Source: an uncultured Gemmatimonadales bacterium (GTDB taxonomy: Bacteria > Gemmatimonadota > Gemmatimonadetes > Longimicrobiales > Longimicrobiaceae). From it: a DNA stretch of 64,000 nt. The stretch covers positions 5,792,001 through 5,856,000 of the forward strand of contig OY970303.1 in assembly GCA_963716255.1 (NCBI GenBank). The letters are read 5' to 3'. The notes under the pieces are model-generated. The model was given only the letters and a program-made list of their open reading frames with translations. It was not told the origin of the DNA and did no database searches. The translations under genes were made by a program, and so were the position numbers. Positions 62,407 to 64,000 of this stretch are shown here, piece after piece. Every line of letters begins with the position of its first letter. Within the stretch, counting starts at the first letter, position 1.

Positions 62407-63747
62407 ATGACCGAACCGCACGCGCCCCGCATCGCCGTGGTGGGGGCGGGCCCCGCGGGGGCCGCCGCCGCCCACACCCTCGCCCGCGCCGGGGCGCGGG
62501 TGGTCGTCCTGGAGGCCCGCCCGGCCGTGGGCGGCCGTACCCGCACCGAGGCGCTGGACGGCTTCCGGGTGGACGCCGCGGTGCAGCTCTTCGCCTCCAT
62601 GTACACGGAGCTCTTCCGCGTGCTGCGCGAGGCGGGGGCGGCGGAGCTGGCGGTGCGCTCGCCGGGGCGCGACGCGCTGCTGCGCGGCGGGCGGGTGCAC
62701 GAGGTGGTGTACGGCAACATCCCCAGCATGCTCGCCTCCGGCGCGCTGCCGCTGGCGCTCAAGCTGCGCATGGGGGCGCAGTACCTCCCCTTCCTGGCGC
62801 GCCACGGCGCCGCGCTGGAGATGCACGCGCTGGAGCGCGCCGCGGAGGCGGGGCTGGACCGAGAGTCCATCGCCGCGTGGGGGGCGCGCGAGCTGGGGCG
62901 CGACTTCGTGGAGTACCTCGCCTACCCCTTCCTCGCGACCGGCTACGGTGCGCTCCCGGAGGAGACCACGGCGGCGCTCTACCACATGCTGGCCCACTAC
63001 GGAACCCGCGTGGAGATCTTCGCCCTGCGCGGCGGCGCGTCCGGCTTCTGCGAGGCGGTCCTGGCGGGGGTGCGGGAGCGCGGAGGCGAGGTGCGGACCG
63101 GGGTGTCCGTGGCGCGGGTGGAGGCGCGGGGCGGGGGAGTGGAGGTGGCGGGGGAGGGGTGGAGCGAGGCGTTCGACGCGGTGGTGGTGGCGGTGCCGGC
63201 ACCCGCCGCCCGCGCGCTGCTGGCGGGGAGCCCGACCGCGGAGGCGCTGGCGGCGGTGCGGATGCGCCCCGCGGTGAGCCTGGCGCTGCTGCTGGACCGG
63301 CCCGCGGGGGTGCGCTGGTTCGGGCTGTCGCTGCCGCGCGGCGAGTCGCGCGCGGTGGCCGCCGTGGCGGTGCAGGAGAACAAGGGGCCGGGTCTGGTAC
63401 CGGCGGGGCGGGGCGCGCTGGTGGTGTTCCCCACGCCGGAGGCCGGGGAGCGGCTGGTGGACGCGGAGCCGCGCGCCGTGGTGGACGCGCTCCTCCCGGA
63501 CGTGGCGCGCGCGCTCCCGGGGCTGGGGCGAGCCATCACCCGGGCGCAGGTGTTCCGCTGGCGCGACGGGTGGACGCTCTTTCCGCCCGGGTACCCGGGG
63601 CGGCTGCCGGAGCTGCGGCGCGCGGTCTCCGGCGACGCACGGATCGCGCTGGCGGGGGACTACCTGTACGCGCCCACCGTGGAGGGCGCGGTGACGGCGG
63701 GGGTCCAGGCCGCGGGCCGCGTTCTGAAAGCGTGGGCTCCAGGCTGA
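62407..63747 (+). CDS. Flavin-dependent oxidoreductase, HemY/amine oxidase family
   Basis: VVGAGPAG, LEAR..VGGR, LAGDY...VEGAV.AG. Confidence 0.8.
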   Translation: MTEPHAPRIAVVGAGPAGAAAAHTLARAGARVVVLEARPAVGGRTRTEALDGFRVDAAVQLFASMYTELFRVLREAGAAELAVRSPGRDALLRGGRVHEVVYGNIPSMLASGALPLALKLRMGAQYLPFLARHGAALEMHALERAAEAGLDRESIAAWGARELGRDFVEYLAYPFLATGYGALPEETTAALYHMLAHYGTRVEIFALRGGASGFCEAVLAGVRERGGEVRTGVSVARVEARGGGVEVAGEGWSEAFDAVVVAVPAPAARALLAGSPTAEALAAVRMRPAVSLALLLDRPAGVRWFGLSLPRGESRAVAAVAVQENKGPGLVPAGRGALVVFPTPEAGERLVDAEPRAVVDALLPDVARALPGLGRAITRAQVFRWRDGWTLFPPGYPGRLPELRRAVSGDARIALAGDYLYAPTVEGAVTAGVQAAGRVLKAWAPG

Positions 63748-63842
63748 GGCGCGAAGAATACGTACACTTGCGGACTTCGCTCGGGAAGCGTACTGTGAGC
63801 TCGTTCACGGGATCGCTCCATCTAACTGCTCCGGAGGTCCGC

Positions 63843-64000
63843 ATGAGGCGCAAGCTCCAGCTCCTGGCCGGCTCGTACGTCCTCGCCGCCGCGATGTCGC
63901 TCGCGTTCGGTCCCGCGCCGGCGGCGGCCGAGGCAGCCGTCCGGGCGTGCGTGAAGTCCGTGTGCCAGGCCGACTGCCAGGCCCTGGGATTCGACCGCGG
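63843..64000 (+). CDS. Small secreted Cys-rich, defensin-like peptide, truncated by window end
   Basis: RBS ggagg; MRRKLQLLAGSYVLAAAMSLAFGPAPAAAEAAVRACVKSVCQADCQALGFDR(G..). Confidence 0.6.
   Translation, partial: MRRKLQLLAGSYVLAAAMSLAFGPAPAAAEAAVRACVKSVCQADCQALGFDR

Overview
Very GC-rich bacterial DNA. Gene content and repeat style suggest Gemmatimonadota/Longimicrobiaceae, which is an inference only. Bases 1-37770 are part of a large same-strand biosynthetic region. It begins with the 3' end of a PKS module (AT, degenerate KR, carrier domain), followed by an FkbK/ACP/FkbI/FkbH-type cassette without an O-methyltransferase (hydroxymalonyl- or glyceryl-ACP supply). Next come a 3-module NRPS whose first A domain is interrupted by a PRMT-like methyltransferase, and a 4-module NRPS. 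No thioesterase is present. Nested between the two NRPS genes is a class I lanthipeptide cassette: eight tandem short precursor genes missed as genes by the ORF track (shared leader motif (K/R)LxLxR(E/D)T(V/L/I)RxL, two core families), then lanC and lanB. It has a candidate promoter and hairpins of its own but no transporter, protease or immunity gene. Bases 37800-64000 hold a lower-GC YARHG gene, aceK, a ring-cleaving dioxygenase, a DUF4160/DUF2442 toxin-antitoxin pair, an MhpA-like monooxygenase, a serine hydrolase, a THUMP RNA methylase, a lipoprotein, a GAF kinase, a PilS/PilR-like pair (frameshifted HTH), an ANTAR regulator, archaemetzincin, DUF1028, TldE/TldD, a HemY-like oxidase and the start of a defensin-like secreted peptide. 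Several families of structured dispersed repeats occur, some showing covariation and some inserted in frame inside NRPS A domains.
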